Assembly: GCF_963921235.1 (NCBI RefSeq)
Contig: NC_086108.1
Location: forward strand, 79,548,001-79,612,000
Direction of reading: 5' to 3'
Length of the DNA stretch: 64,000 nucleotides
From: Mobula hypostoma
Taxonomy: Eukaryota
Shown: positions 39,154 to 54,029 of the stretch, one piece after another
Layout of the letters: every line of letters begins with the position of its first letter
Numbering within the stretch: position 1 is the first letter of the stretch
The notes under the pieces: generated by a model
What the model was told of the DNA's origin: nothing
Database searches by the model: none
What the model saw: the letters and a program-made list of their open reading frames with translations, nothing else
Program-made: the position numbers and the translations under genes

Positions 39154-42100
39154 CTACCCAACTGATACTTCACCCCGACATCCATGAAGCCTACAGCTAC
39201 ATCTCCACCTCTCTTCCCTTTAGAAGTCCTTGAAGATGGTACAGCCAAGTTCCTCACCATATTTTGTGGAAAACTCAAACTTTGAATCTTTGCAGGCTGC
39301 AAGGAGCCAACTCTGCCTCAAAACCTCCCTTTAAAAAAAGAAAAGGATTAGCTTTATTTCTCACATGTACATTGAAACATCGAAAGTGAAATGCATCCTT
39401 TGCGTCAAATTAAATCAGCAAGGATTGTGCTGGGCAGCGTACAAATATCGCTGTGCTTCCAGCCCGCAACACACTAACCCTAACCATATGTCTTTGGAGT
39501 GTGGGATACAGGACACCCAGAGGAAACCCACGTGGTCACAGGGAGAATGTGCAAACTCCTTTCAGTCAGCTGTGGGAATCAAATCCCGATCGGTGATCAC
39601 TGCCACCATAAAGCTATTGCGCTAATCGCTACACTGCCGTGCCATACTTGACTGGTCTGCAGTCTTTAAATTGTTGGAGTGCTGGATGAACTGAAATTCC
39701 CTTCAGGTGAGAAATGAGTAGATTGATACATTGTTCTCAGTAACTGCCATGAGCTCCATTCCCTTGGCGCATCCCTGTCCTTGGCTGCTAACTGAAATTG
39801 AACCAGAGTGTTCACAGCCTTAGTCCCGGAAGATTTTAAAACCACAGGTCTGTGCCATTGCAAACACAGTCTGCTTCTGCTCTGAATTATTTCCCGATGA
39901 GTTGTAATCTATTCTAGCCCCCAAATCCCTGGCAATTTAATCCCCTTAAATCTAGGTTCTTTATCATTCCTAAATTAAATCGTTTTACCATTGATGACTA
40001 TATTTTTAACTATCAGCTCTCCTCAATCAAAGAGAGTACTAGAAATTCTCAGCAGCTTGCCCTGCATGGGAAGAGAAACAGATTTGATGTTTCTGATTGA
40101 AGACCTGAACTAGGAAGGAGAGAAAGGAAGCTGAGTAAACTGCAAGAAAGGTCAGGAAGGGGGGTGGTGGGGGGTGGTGTGGGTTGTTGGGGAACAGATT
40201 ATTGTTTTCTTTTTTCTCTCTAGCGATGGAGAACACCTACCAGGCATGTCTTCCTGCTCTACATTTCACAACTCCTGCGTTCTTTGTCTCTCTGCTTTTG
40301 CGTGTGCTCTCACTCACTATCCACTCCCATTAACTCATTTTCTGGTGAAGCCCAGCGACTACTTATTGGCAGCAAACGAAACAAAGTATACAACTAAATA
40401 CTTCATTATTTACATCTTTCTGGTAAAATTTATGGTAAGCAATCCCTGCGAACAGTGGAGAGGCAAGGCTAAGTCGAGGGTCAAAGCACTCAGGTGTGAA
40501 GTGAGCTGGAGGCAAAACGTGGCAGCAGGGTCCGAGCCCAGACCATAACAATGCAGTAGGACCCAGGTCCCAGAGCAAGAAATGACCTGATGTTTGGATG
40601 ATTCAAATGCTGGGCCAGATGCATTGAAAGGGAGAGTGATGGGAACAAAGGCAAGCATCAGGCCAGTTCTGTTTGCTGCTCAGCCCTTTGCTAAGCTAAG
40701 GCTGTGGCCTGCTTTGGCCACTCTCAGCTTCACGCCTGTGGGCTCCGCGACATTTACTCGGCTCTGCGCTGAGCTGAGGCTGCGGCTGTGGCCTGCTCTG
40801 GGATTTGTGTACGTGGACTCACTTTCATTCTGAATATTATTTGCTTGCTTTTATGGTTTGCATGAATTTTTTTCTCTTTCTCTCTGCGCATTGAGTGTTT
40901 GACTGTCTTTCTTTGAAATTTTTTTTGGCGTTTCTTTGTTTCGTGGCTGCCTGTAAAGAGACGAGTCTCAGGGTTGTATAACGTGCACATACTTTGATAA
41001 TAAATGTACTTTGAAGTTTTGAATTTTGTTTTACAGCTTTTACCCCATTCACCCCTGTTTTACGCTATTAGGGATATCCTGCCACGCTGCATTCTCTTTT
41101 CCCTTCTTCCCAAGTCTCAGGAAGGGTCTTCAACCTGAAACGTTAACTGTTTCTCTTCCCACAGGTGCGCCTCAACCTGCTGAGCATTTACAGTATTTTG
41201 TCTGTTTTATTTTGCATTACATTTTCAACTACTTTGGGTTTTCTGCCTTCCTCAATATTTGTCCTCATAGCTCCCTCCATCTCTTTTCTGTCTACTAGAA
41301 TAGTATTATTATCTGGCTTTTTGACTTGGTGAGAAGTTTTGTTTGATTTAGTTCCTGTGAGATACATTTTACTAAACTTGTTATGTGATTGGCACTATAT
41401 AAATACATTGCCAATATTGGTGTTGCTAGCCAAAAAGTTTTAATCTCACTACTTTTGACAACACTCACCCTGCAAATGCAGATATTAAACCAATGGGAAA
41501 AATGGTACAGCTAACTATGTATAGAATTAATTTGTTAAATTCCAGTGCAGAGGTACAAAGATGACTAAGGCTGTAGAATAAATTAATTATCCATCTGTTT
41601 CTGTGATTACTTTGTAACTTGAAGGAGAAGATAACTATTTGGAGTATTATCACGAATATAGCTTGCTTATAAGTTCCAACTAATTAAAAGTTGTACTTCC
41701 TGGTAAGGGCATTCTTTTCCTTGATTGCAAAACCCACCTTAGAAGTGACACAATTTCACTTGAGTACAGTACAGCAGCCAGCTGTGGATGCCAGAAGAAC
41801 AGAGTTAAAATTGTAGTTTAATAATCTCTTATCAGTCTAGGATTAGCATCCATAATGTGCACAAGGGTGAAATGGAAATCTGAGATAAGGTACCACTCTT
41901 TGGAATGGATGAATCAGAAATACGAATATGTGGAGTTGGCCCTTCCTCCTCTCCGCCCACTAAAGAATTATGGGAAGTTTGATCAACGAGATGCATGTTC
42001 CATTCTAATTGGGAGAGAAATTTGTTTCTGCTTTAGAACATAGAACATAGAATAGTACAGCATAGTACAGGCCCTTCAGCCAACAATGTTGTGCCGACCC

Positions 42101-43268
42101 TTAAACCCTGCCTCCCATATACCCCCCCACCTTAAATTCCTCCATATACCTACTAGCCAAGTTAAAATCTGCCGCAGCAAATTTTGTATCGTTAATCTTT
42201 TGTGCGTATAAATAGACAAAAATCATTACATAGCGTACAATGCTGAAATGATTTTTCCTTTCATATTTCCATTCCAGAAATTACCATTCCTTTTAAAGAA
42301 CATTTGTTAACTCCCCTCTCAGCATGCCAACTGAGTTGAAATTTTGAAATACAGATTCTGTTTCCACAAGAACAATATTATAATATGCTAAGCTAATTTT
42401 AAACAGGAATAGATATTCATTCAGTCAGAAGTAGTGGAGTCCCATTTCTCACTGATAAAATCTGTTGCTTAAAACTTATCAGTTTTGGAAATGGTTATGG
42501 AAAAAAATAACTATTTGAGGGAATGGAGTAAATACCTACCAGCTAAAATGCTTCCCTGTAGAGTAAACTTAGTTTTCAGTCTCCTTGAAATTCACTATCA
42601 TACAACCTGCATGGATCTAACTTGTTGCATCCAGTTCCGCAATTTCCCACAACCGTATTGCAGTGCTTTCAGTTTAAGATGCTTTTTACTTAACAACGTT
42701 TACCATTGACTCGTTTGGCTCACATGCTTCTGTGCTCACGTTAATATGATTGATGTTTGTATTTGTGATATGCATTCCTGTCTTTAATTACCATAAAGCA
42801 TGGCTATTTTCTAAATATGGTAAATACTTGTCTGCTGTTCCAAACTTATCTCGTGCACACCTTTAACGTACAATGTGAGCTGCTATTGTTTAGGGTTTAG
42901 GATTGGATGTCCATGTGTTGAGCTGATAATCAATCATTCTAGTGCTCTTGAAGTGAGCAGAAGTCAGATGCTGGGCTTTTATTCTCCATTTACTTTGTAG
43001 TGAAAAAAGGAAATAGCGAGAAACCATGGAGCAATATGTGCCCTTATTGTCAATTGTAGAGCAGAAGTTGGTCTGGTTTGTGACAAGTAGCCTTCCTGAT
43101 TATTTGACTGGGCAGTTTGGAAGAGAGGCATCTGTCTGTGTGTATCTCCTTCTCCTTCTCTCTGATCTAATATTTCATATAGACGGATAATTTTACAAAA
43201 ATTTTGAGAGATTTTTCATTTCCTACATCAATTTTTCTTGTGGCCTATCTGAATAAAATTGCCAAGTC

Positions 43269-43652
43269 CATAAGACCATAAGACAAAGGAGCAGAAGTCG
43301 GCCATTCGGCCCATCGAGTCTGCTCCGCCGTTTCATCATGAGCTGATCTATTCTCCCATTTAGTCCCACTCCCCCGCCTTCTCACCATAACCTTTGATGC
43401 CCTGGCTACTCAGATACCTATCAATCTCTGCCTTAAATACACCCAATGACTTGGCCTCCACTGCTGCCCGTGGCAACAAATTCCATAGATTCACCACCCT
43501 CTGACTAAAAAAGTTTCTTCGCATTTCTGTTCTGAATGGGCGCCCTTCAATCCTTAAGTCATGCCCTCTCGTACTAGACTCCCCCATCATGGGAAACAAC
43601 TTTGCCACATCCATTCTGTCCATGCCTTTCAACATTTGAAATGTTTCTATGA
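43269..43652 (-). mobile_element. Young CR1 3' end (other CR1 ends at ~2170-2480 +, ~10990-12470 +, ~19995-20340 -, ~42036-42152 -, ~57345-57545 -, ~60500-61130 +, ~61550-62165 -, ~63710-64000 -)
   Basis: ORF 43360..43635 RGHDLRI...RRNFFSQRVVNLWN. Tail (cataagac)n. Confidence 0.85.
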
Positions 43653-45126
43653 TGTTAGGATGTTATTCACCTGTGTGTGCCAAAAAAAAAGGATAAGAAT
43701 AGTTAATCTTGGTTCACGTTAAACCCTATAGCTGGAGAGAGAAAATAAAGGGTTTCCAGACGATGAGTTGAATACAGATTTGAATCAGATCCCAATGATG
43801 AAAGAACACAGGGCTAATCAATAATGACATCCAGTCCCCTTGACTCTACAGCAATTTTGTTTTCCGTTTTTACTTAAATCATGCATGGGATCAGTTGCTG
43901 AATACTCAGGTGGCCAGTCTCTCTGTGTGAGTTTAAATACTGAGCGCTGGCAGATTGCATAACTGTGAAGGAATGATAGATGAACCAGTTCTCTACTTGC
44001 CAAACAGAGCATTAGCTTTGGCTGGAGAGAAAACAGAAGTAGCAACAATAACTGTTTATCCTCAGCCACCACCCTCATGTCCTAACACAGGACTAACATT
44101 TCAGCTCAGTCTTCATGAGTTCAGGTCATTGACCTAACAATAACTTAGCTTCTCCCTTCTCAGTTTGTTTTCCTTTGACTTAACTTTGCTGAGACCAGAA
44201 TCTCAACCACATACAAAGAGAGGAGCAAAGATTTGAAATTAATGACAGGACCTAACTTTTTTTTCCTCACTTGCTGACTGGCAGTACAAACAGGTCAGGA
44301 AACCGGCTGAAAGGTGGAGAGGAAGGCCTCCAGTACCATGCTCCAGCTCAGAGCACAGCAGACAGTAGGAAAGTATAAATACAAGATGCTGGAAATCTAG
44401 AGCACTGCACACAGCGTGCTGGAGGAGCTCAGCAGATCAGGCAACATCTATGGATAGGAATAAACAGTCGAAGTTTCAGTCCGAGACCCTTCATCAGAAA
44501 GCTTTGAAGTGGAGAGCAGAATGGACAGGTGGAGGAAGAGCACATGCTGGAAGAGGGACCAAGGAAAGATGGATGAGTGGGATTTGGAGAGATTGAGGGA
44601 GTGAAGAGCTATGGTTGTCCGTATGGTGTACGTAAAAATTAATAGATGAGGGTTCTGCAGAAATTGTGGAGTTTCATTTGCTGTGCTGTATTGAGCATGA
44701 TTTGATTAGGGGCATCTGATCACAAAGAAGGGGCTATGATTGTGCTTGGGGTGTATGTAATTGTTGGGGTTCACTGGTTAGCATAGCTAGAGTTACATTC
44801 ATGAGAATAGTGAGTTTAGATGGAGGGAGAACATCTAATGGATACTGACTGAGTAGGAAAATGGCCAGGGGAGAACTTCTGTTCTTCCTAGCCTTAAGCA
44901 ATGTTAGGCACTTGCTGGTTCCCACTGCCTGTCAGCTACCAGCTTTTCTATACCCAGCAAAGCTGACTACTGTACAGCGCTTAAATGCAAAACAGAGCTG
45001 CTGGTAGTTAAAATCAGAAATGGGAATGCTGGCACGAGGAAATCTGCAGATGCTGGAAATTCAAGCAACGCACATCAAAGTTGCTGGTGAACGCAGCAGG
45101 CCAGGCAGCATCTCTAGGAAGAGGTA

Positions 45127-45165
45127 CGGTCGACGTTTCGGGACGAGACCCTTCATCAGGACTAA
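45127..45165 (-). ncRNA. Minimal type I hammerhead ribozyme motif in PLE 3' fragment (~45034-45180)
   Basis: Minus strand TTAGTC-CTGATGA-AGGGTCTCGTCCC-GAAAC-GTC^GACCG. Confidence 0.75.
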
Positions 45166-45625
45166 CTGAAAGAAGAGCTAGGATAAGAGATAGGATAAGA
45201 AGAACTGGGGTAAGATTTGTCATTTTTGAGTTTTGAACAGTGAGTCCCCATTCCCAAGGTGCTCAGAAACAAGCATTTTAATCTTAATTTCAGATGGACA
45301 TGTATATTGTTTAATAAATGATAAATATTTAGGGAGATGGCAGTCTGTGTTGTGTTCGTGTGGAAATACCTGAAGCAAAATTACCTGAAATATAAAACAG
45401 TTTCAGAGGTTTTGTGTGAACATCGGTCTCTATCTGAGGCTAAACTTGCTCAACGCTGTATGAAACCTCCTTCTGCTTTATTGTTCTGTGAAACTAGGAA
45501 AGCCAATGAATGACTGGTTTGCCATTGTTGTCATGGTGGGCTAACATTTTAGCTGTTTTACAAACCCTTGTAGTTACATGCAGGAGATAATATTGAGTGA
45601 AGTGAGGGACTTGGGACAAGTTTGA

Positions 45626-45922
<297 letters not shown>

Positions 45923-46002
45923 TAAAACTTACTTTTATAAGTGTTTCCGTACTCCAGTCTAAAACAAAATGGTTCGATTCTAATCTGTCATTACTTCCTT
46001 AA

Positions 46003-46182
<180 letters not shown>

Positions 46183-46493
46183 TGATGTAGTCACACAGTC
46201 GTTTTCAAACATAAATAACACAGAAGTGGGCCAAAGTGCAGATGGAACAACGTTGGAAATAAATGCAAGTTAAATTAGCAAGGTGCTAATCATACAGCAT
46301 CCATGGAGAAAATAGGCCAGTTTAAGATTTACAGTCATTTCAATGAAGTGTTGCTTTTAACATTTTAGATGCTCTGTGTTCTCCATCAATGCATATTGAC
46401 CTGAGAGTCGGCAGGATTTTCTGTTTTGGTTACTGCCTTATGTTGGTATTCAGGGTTGAGTTTGGGGAAAGTCCCTAATTGGAAGTTACCAGT

Positions 46494-47478
46494 GTTCAAA
46501 GTTCAAAGTAAATTTATTATCAAAGTACATACATCTCACCATATACAACCCTGAGATTCATTTTCTTGTGGGCATTTGCAGTAAATACAAAGAAACACAA
46601 AAGAATCAATGAAAAACTACACACAACAAAGACGGACAAACAACCAGTGTGCAAGAGACAACAAGCCATGCAAATAAAAAAGAGAAAAATAATTCAACAA
46701 ACACGTAAACAAACGAACAATTGATATTGAGAACACAAGTTGTAGAGTTATTGAAAGTGAGTCAATTGGTTGTGGAATAAGTTCAGTGTTGGGTGATTGA
46801 AGTTATCCTTTCTAGTTCAAGGGCCGAGTGGTTCAGGGGAAATAACTGTTGCTGAACCTGGTGGTGTGGGACCTGGGGCTCCTGTACCTCCTTCCTGATG
46901 GCAGCAGCAAGAAGAGAGCATGACCCAGATGGTGGGGGTCCTTGATGATGGACGCTGGTTTCCTGCAACAGCACTCCTTGTACATGTGCTTAATGGTGGG
47001 GAAGGCCTCACCCGTGATGAACTGGCTGTGTCCAGAACTTTTTGTAGGCTTTTCTGTTCAAGGGCATTGGTGTTTTTATACCAGGCTGTGATGAAACTAA
47101 TCAGACTACTCTCCACCATGCAGCCATAGAAGTTATGCAAAGTTTTAGATGACATGCCGAATCTTTGCAAACTTCTAAGAAAGTAGAGGTGCTGCCGTGT
47201 CTTCTTGGTAATAGCACATACATACTGGCCCCAGGACAAATCCTCTGAAATAATAACACTGAGGAATTTAAAGTTGCCAACCCTCTCCATCTGTAATCCT
47301 CTGATGAGAACTGGCTCATGGACCTCTGGATTCCTCCTCTTGTAGCCAATGATCAGCTCTTTAGTCTTGCTGGCGGTGATTGGGAGATTGTTGATGAGGC
47401 ACCATTCAGCCAGATTTTCAATCTCTGTCCTGTATGCTGTTTCGGCGAAGAACAGTGGGGTCATCAACAAACTTAAAC
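46494..47478 (-). mobile_element. Rex1/Babar-like LINE 3' portion (shorter copies at ~7745-8310 -, ~11300-11810 +, ~12735-13050 -, ~54685-55020 -)
   Basis: ORF 46817..47470 LAEWCLINNL...KTKELII...FKFL...HLYFLR...ITAWY. Same tail as the 14654 copy. Confidence 0.8.
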
Positions 47479-49457
47479 TTAAAGTTAAATTTATATGAAT
47501 GCTATTGAGACTTTTAAAAGTATCTTTCTTGTTTTTTTAAAGGGATTGTTGAGATTGGTTTAATCACATAGTAAAGAAACCCTGCAACATTTAAATGTTC
47601 ACAAATATCTCAATATTCGCTACTATTTAATATGTATTTTGTATACAACTATTATTTCTATCTTTATAAATAATAATGGAAGGATCCTGCTTGGCCCATC
47701 AAATCTATACTACCTCTCAGAGGACTGCTTCCCAATTCTCTGCAGCTTCCCTGTAAACCATTCTCTCTCAGTTGCCTGTCGACTGTGATTCTCCTGCTAC
47801 CCACGGGTGTTGGAGGCAATTCACGGCATCCAGTTAGCCGACCATCCTACGTGCCTTTGGGACGCAGGATGAAACTGGAGCACCAGAGAACCCCATACAT
47901 TCACAGGGAGAACAGGCAAACAGCACCAGAGGCCAGGATTGACCCTGCTGTGTTGTTGGAGTTGTGCCCAAGCAGCTCCGGCTGCTGCATCACCATGGTG
48001 ACAGTAACCTGTCACTGACTGTGACCACCTGAGGTGTTTGCTGCCTGTGAAGATGAGGCAGCAGTAAACACCATCCCTCCTCACCGAAGTGGAATGCATT
48101 TCAAAATTCTCACTGATTTTCTTTAGCCACTTTATCGTTCTAACGCTGTTAGTCCTCCTACTATCCTATGCAAGCCAGCTTCACAGCACAGCAGTCATCA
48201 GCACAAGAAATTTTACAGATGCTGGAAATCCATTGTAAATGTTGGAGGAACTTAGCAGGTCAGGCAGTATCAATGGAGAGGAATAAACAGTCAACGTTTT
48301 GGGCCAAACTCTTCACCAGTGCACCTGTGCTTGCAGACAGTGGAGAACAAGTTCTTCTCTCGTCTCTTGCTTCAGGATTACAATGGAGTAACAGCTGCGC
48401 ATTTGAATCGCCTCACATAATATCAAGAAATGGCTGAGAAAACTCAGCAGTAAAGGCCCAGCTGTAGTATTAGAGACCCGTGCTCCAGAAACTGCCGTGT
48501 CTCTGGCCAAACTGTTGCAGTGTGGCTACAGTGCTGGTAATTACCCAACCATGTGGAAAATTGCCCAGGTATTTTCTGTTCACGCAAAAAAAAATGCAGG
48601 GCAATCCCTTCTGGCCAATTACTGCCCAGTCGGTCCACTGTCAATCCTCAGCAAAGTGATTCAAGGAGTCATGGATAGTTTCAGATTCAGGTTTTTAATC
48701 ACATGTACCTCAATGCATACTGTTGAATATGCTGGTTGCGTTGACAACCAGCACATCCAAGGATGCGTGGGGGCAGCCCACAAGTGTACACACTCAGAAT
48801 AGCATCAGAGTAGCATGTCAACAATGTCCTACAGGGCAACAAACAGTTCTGTCAAGCCACTGTTGTTTCCCAGCAATGGCTCACCGTTGCTCAGTTTGGG
48901 TTTTGCCTGTACCCTTCAGTTCCTGGCCTTAGCCCAGCCTTCATGCATGCAGGGACCAAATATAAATTCCAGAGGTGCAATGAGACTTGACTGTCCTAGA
49001 TAACAAGGTAGCATTTGACATCATGATGACCTTATAAAATCAGTGAGCAGGTATCAAAAGACAAACACTTCATAGCCTGTTTAATGGACGTAGTTGTGGC
49101 TGTTGGTGATCAATCATCCCAGCCCCAGGACATCAGTGCAGCAGTTCCCTGACTCAATGTCCTAGGTACAACCATTGTCAGCTGCTCATTCAATGACATG
49201 CTTTCTATTACAAGGTCCATAATTGCATAGTGTTCAATGCTATTTGCATTTTCCTTCGTAAGTGAAGCAACCAGTTCCTGCACGAAGCAAAATAGCAATC
49301 ACCTCTCTATAATTGAAAGGAGTGATGTGGGTTATTTGAATCTTTATCATGGAAAGACCCTACATCTACCAATGGTATGTTTAAAATATTCAGGTAGGCC
49401 TGACAGAGTTCTACTCTGGTGAGTTTTCTTTCTGGTCAGGTGCTATGATAATCATAA

Positions 49458-49646
<189 letters not shown>

Positions 49647-50931
49647 TAAGGGGGAGGGGGTCTTCTCGTTTCTTCAGCCTGTTTGCTCCAGTTGGTTTGT
49701 CACCAACTTCCACATATAACCACTGGAGGGAGCACTTATGCAAAAGCTTTGCTTTTGTAGACAGATGGTTGACGAACACCAGTTCTGTAATTCTGATATT
49801 GGATGCCTTGCTGTTTTGAATCCCGTTTGCTTTTGATTAGAATCAAATATTAAGATGGTCCCAAATATATCCACAGTCAGTGTGCATTCTGCCATCCAGA
49901 AATCCAATTCATGGCAGTTGGGAATTTCAATTTAGTTAATTAAAATGTTTTAATTATTGAAGCAACCCCATCAAAACATGTTTTTGGTTGTAGTGCACTA
50001 CTAACATGTGGGGAAGCAGATTGTTGTGGAAAGTGTGATATTCAATTCTGTTGTTCAGTTCTATTTGCACTTCATTGGAAAATGCAGCAGCCCATATCTG
50101 CCTGCAGTAAGATCTAGGCAACTTGCAGACGTGGGATATTACATAGCAGATAAGATTTATGCTTTGGCAATGACACTGCCAATAAGGGAGAGTCTAATCA
50201 CATACCCTTAGTATTTACCCGCATCCCTATCACTCAGTATCATTAAAAGCCTGATCAGTAACGTCAATACCACAGCTAAAAGAACAGCTCAGAGGCTGGG
50301 GTTTCTACGCTGGGTAGCTCACTGTCTGAGTCCCAAAGGCCTTTTCACCATCTGCAGGGTACAAATAAGGAGCCTGACGGAACACTTCCTAACCAGGGGA
50401 GATGGCGGCAATTCTAGAAGAGCTGCTGCCCCTCAATCCTGACCTTCGTTACTCTCTGAGTAGAGAATGCACATTCTCCCTCTGACAAAGTGCTTTGGTT
50501 TCCTCTCAACATCCCAAAGCTGTGCAATTGAGTGGTGAGTTTTCTGCTGCAAATAAGAGGTAGAATGATTCAGGTCAGGGAGATGGATGTGGAGAAAATA
50601 AAGCGGAATTTGTCTAGGATCAAGAGAATGCAGGTGCTGGAATATGGAGCAAATAACAAGCTGCTAGAGGAATAGTGTAAATGGGCTTTGATGGCTAGTG
50701 TGATCTGTAGGCCTTGTTTTATGCTGCTTGGCTCCAAGAGTTCAACATGTCTCTTAAATGGTACGCCATCTGCAATCAGTTTTGCTCCTTCCGTAACCAG
50801 CACATACCATGGTTGTAATTCCTACCCTGCAGAATGGAAACAGGAATTCTGCAGATGCTGGAAATTCAAGCAACACACATCAAAGTTGCTGATGAACGCA
50901 GCAGGTCAGGCAGCATCTGTAGGAAGAGGTG

Positions 50932-50969
50932 CAGTCGACGTTTTAGGCCGAGACCCTTCGTCAGGACTA
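50932..50969 (-). ncRNA. Hammerhead motif in the inverted arm, GAAA core mutated to AAAA
   Basis: Minus strand TAGTC-CTGACGA-AGGGTCTCGGCCT-AAAAC-GTC-GACTG. Position 50944 is t where other copies have c. Confidence 0.7.
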
Positions 50970-51693
50970 ACTGAAGGAAGAGTGAGTAAGGGATTTGAAA
51001 GTTGGAGGGGGAGGGGGAGATCCAAAATGATAGGAGAAGACAGGAGGGGGAGGGATAGAGCCAAGAGCTGGACAGGTGATAGGCAAAAGGGGATACGAGA
51101 GGATCATGGGACAGGAGGTCCGGGAAGAAAGACAAGGGGTGGGGGGGAGGACCCAGAGGATGGGCAAGAGGTATATTCAGAGGGACAGAGGGAGAAAAAG
51201 GAGAGTGAGAGAAAGAATGTGTGCATAAAAATAAGTAACAGATGGGGTACGAGGGGGAGGTGGGGCCTTAGCGGAAGTTAGAGAAGTCGATGTTCATACC
51301 ATCAGGTTGGAGGCTACCCAGACGGAATATAAGGTGTTGTTCCTCCAACCTGAATGTGGCTTCATCTTTACAGTAGAGGAGGCCATGGATAGACATGTCA
51401 GAATGGGAATGGGATGTGGAATTAAAATGTGTGGCCACTGGGAGATCCTGCTTTCTCTGGCGGACAGAGCGTAGATGTTCAGCAAAGCGGTCTCCCAGTC
51501 TGCGTCGGGTCTCGCCAATATATAAAAGGCCGCATCAGGAGCACCGGATGCAGTATATCACCCCAGTCGACTCACAGGTGAAGTGTTGCCTCACCTGGAA
51601 GGACTGTTTGGGGCCCTGAATGTTGGTAAGGGAGGAAATGAAAGGGCATGTGTAGCACTTGTTCCGCTTACATGGATAAGTGCCAGGAGGGGA

Positions 51694-53733
51694 GCCTACT
51701 TCTTCGGCAAGGACTCTTCCACGCCCACCGATGACCCCTTCTCCCGTCTTCAACCCTCCTCTTCTTCATGGACACCCCGCTCTGGTCATCTGCCTGCTCT
51801 GGATCTCTTTATCGCTAATTGCCGACGGGACATCAACTGTCTCGACTTCACTGCACCTTGTCCCCATTCCAACCTCACTCCTTCGGAACGCTCTGCTCTC
51901 CACTCCCTCCGCACTAATCCTAACCTTATTATTAAACCCGCCGATAAGGGGGGTGCTGTTGTAGTCTGGCGTACTGACCTCTACCTTGCCGAGGCACAGC
52001 GACAACTCGCGGATACCTCCTCTTATTTACCCCTCGATCGTGACTCCACTAAGGAGCACCAGGCCATTTGTCTCCCACACCATCACCGACTTTATCCGCT
52101 CAGGGGATCTCCCATCCACTGCCACCAACCTTATAGTTCCAACACCCCGCACTTCCCGTTTCTACCTCCTACCCAAGATCCACAAACCTGCCTGTCCTGG
52201 CCGACCTATTGTCTCAGCTTGCTCCTGCCCCACCGAACTTGTTTCTGCATACCTCGACACAGTTTTATCACCCCTTGTTCAATCCCTTCCTACCTATGTT
52301 CGTGACACTTCTCACGCTCTTAAACTTTTCGATGATTTTAAGTTCCCTGGCCCCCACCGCTTTATTTTCACCATGGATGTCCAGTCCTTATATACTTCCA
52401 TCCCCCATCAGGAAGGTCTCAAAGCTCTACGCTTCTTTTTGGATTCCAGACCTAATCAGTTCCCCTCTACCACCACTCTGCTCCGTCTAGCGGAATTAGT
52501 CCTTACTCTTAATAATTTCTCCTTCGGCTCCTCCCACTTCCTCCAAACTAAAGGTGTAGCTATGGGCACCCGTATGGGTCCTAGCTATGCCTGCCTTTTT
52601 GTTGGGTTTGTGGAACAATCTATGTTCCGTGCCTATTCTGGTATCTGTCCCCCACTTTTCCTTCGCTACATCGACGACTGCATTGGCGCTGCTTCCTGCA
52701 CGCATGCAGAACTCGTTGACTTTATTAACTTTGCCTCCAACTTTCACCCTGCCCTCAAGTTTACCTGGTCTATTTCTGACACCTCCCTCCCCTTTCTAGA
52801 TCTTTCTGTCTCTGTCTCTGGAGACAGCTTATCCACTGATGTCTACTATAAGCCTACTGACTCTCACAGCTATCTGGACTATTCCTCTTCTCACCCTGTC
52901 TCTTGCAAAAACGCCATCCCCTTCTCGCAATTCCTCCGTCTCCGCCGCATCTGCTCTCAGGATGAGGCTTTTCATTCTAGGACGAGGGAGATGTCTTCCT
53001 TTTTTAAAGAAAGGGGCTTCCCTTCCTCCACTATCAACTCTGCTCTTAAACGCATCTCCCCCATTTCACGTACATCTGCTCTCACTCCATCCTCCCGCCA
53101 CCCCACTAGGAATAGGGTTCCCCTGGTCCTCACCTACCACCCCACCAGCCTCCGGGTCCAACATATTATTCTCCGTAACTTCCGCCACCTCCAACGGGAT
53201 CCCACCACTAAGCACATCTTTCCCTCCCCCTCTCTCTCTGCATTCCGCAGGGATCGCTCCCTACGCAACTCCCTTGTCCATTCGTCCCCCCATCCCTCCC
53301 CACTGATCTCCCTCCTGGCACTTATCCGTGTAAGTGGAACAAGTGCTACACATGCCCTTACACTTCCTCCCTTACCACCATTCAGGGCCCCAAACAGTCC
53401 TTCCAGGTGAGGCAACACTTCACCTGTGAGTCGACTGGGGTGACATACTGCGTCCGGTGCTCCCGATGTGGCCTTTTATATATTGGCGAGACCCAACGCA
53501 GACTGGGAGACCGCTTTGCTGAGCATCTACGCTCTGTCCGCCAGAGAAAGCAGGATCTCCCAGTGGCCACACATTTTAATTCCACATCCCATTCCCATTC
53601 TGACATGTCTATCCACGGCCTCCTCTACTGTAAAGATGAAGCCACACTCAGGTTGGAGGAACAACACCTTATATTCCGTCTGGGCAGCCTCCAACCTGAT
53701 GGCATGAACATTGACTTCTCTAACTTCCGCTAA
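51694..53733 (+). pseudogene. PLE ORF: reverse transcriptase + Cys linker + GIY-YIG endonuclease, two frameshifts
   Basis: Motifs IKPADKGGAVV, YLLPKIHK, GRPIVS, MDVQSLYTSIP, GVAMGTRMGPSYA, RYIDD, PFLD, YYKPT. Linker C-x4-C-x2-C (PCKWNKCYTC). Endonuclease VTYCVRCSRC..YIGET.R...RFAEH, ending GMN. Frameshifts near 52067 and ~53295 split it over ORFs 51583.., 51986.. and 53407..53733. Confidence 0.92.
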
Positions 53734-54029
53734 GGCCCCACCTCCCCCTCGTACCCCATCTGTTACTTATTTTTATGCACACATTCTTTCTCTCACTCTC
53801 CTTTTTCTCCCTCTGTCCCTCTGAATATACCCCTTGCCCATCCTCTGGGTCAACCCCCCACTCCTTGTCTTTCTTCCCGGACCTCCTGTCCCATGATCCT
53901 CTCGTATCCCTTTTGCCTATCACCTGTCCAGCTCTTGGCTCTATCCCTCCCCCTCCTGTCTTCTCCTATCATTTTGGATCTCCCCCTCCCCCTCCAACTT
54001 TCAAATCCCTTACTCACTCTTCCTTCAGT

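Noticed and set aside
50688..51281. 197-aa ORF and other short ORFs in the track (e.g. 919..1257, 8528..8833, 9158..9586, 34639..35187)
   Set aside because: They are antisense or off-frame translations of repeats with no splice or homology support.
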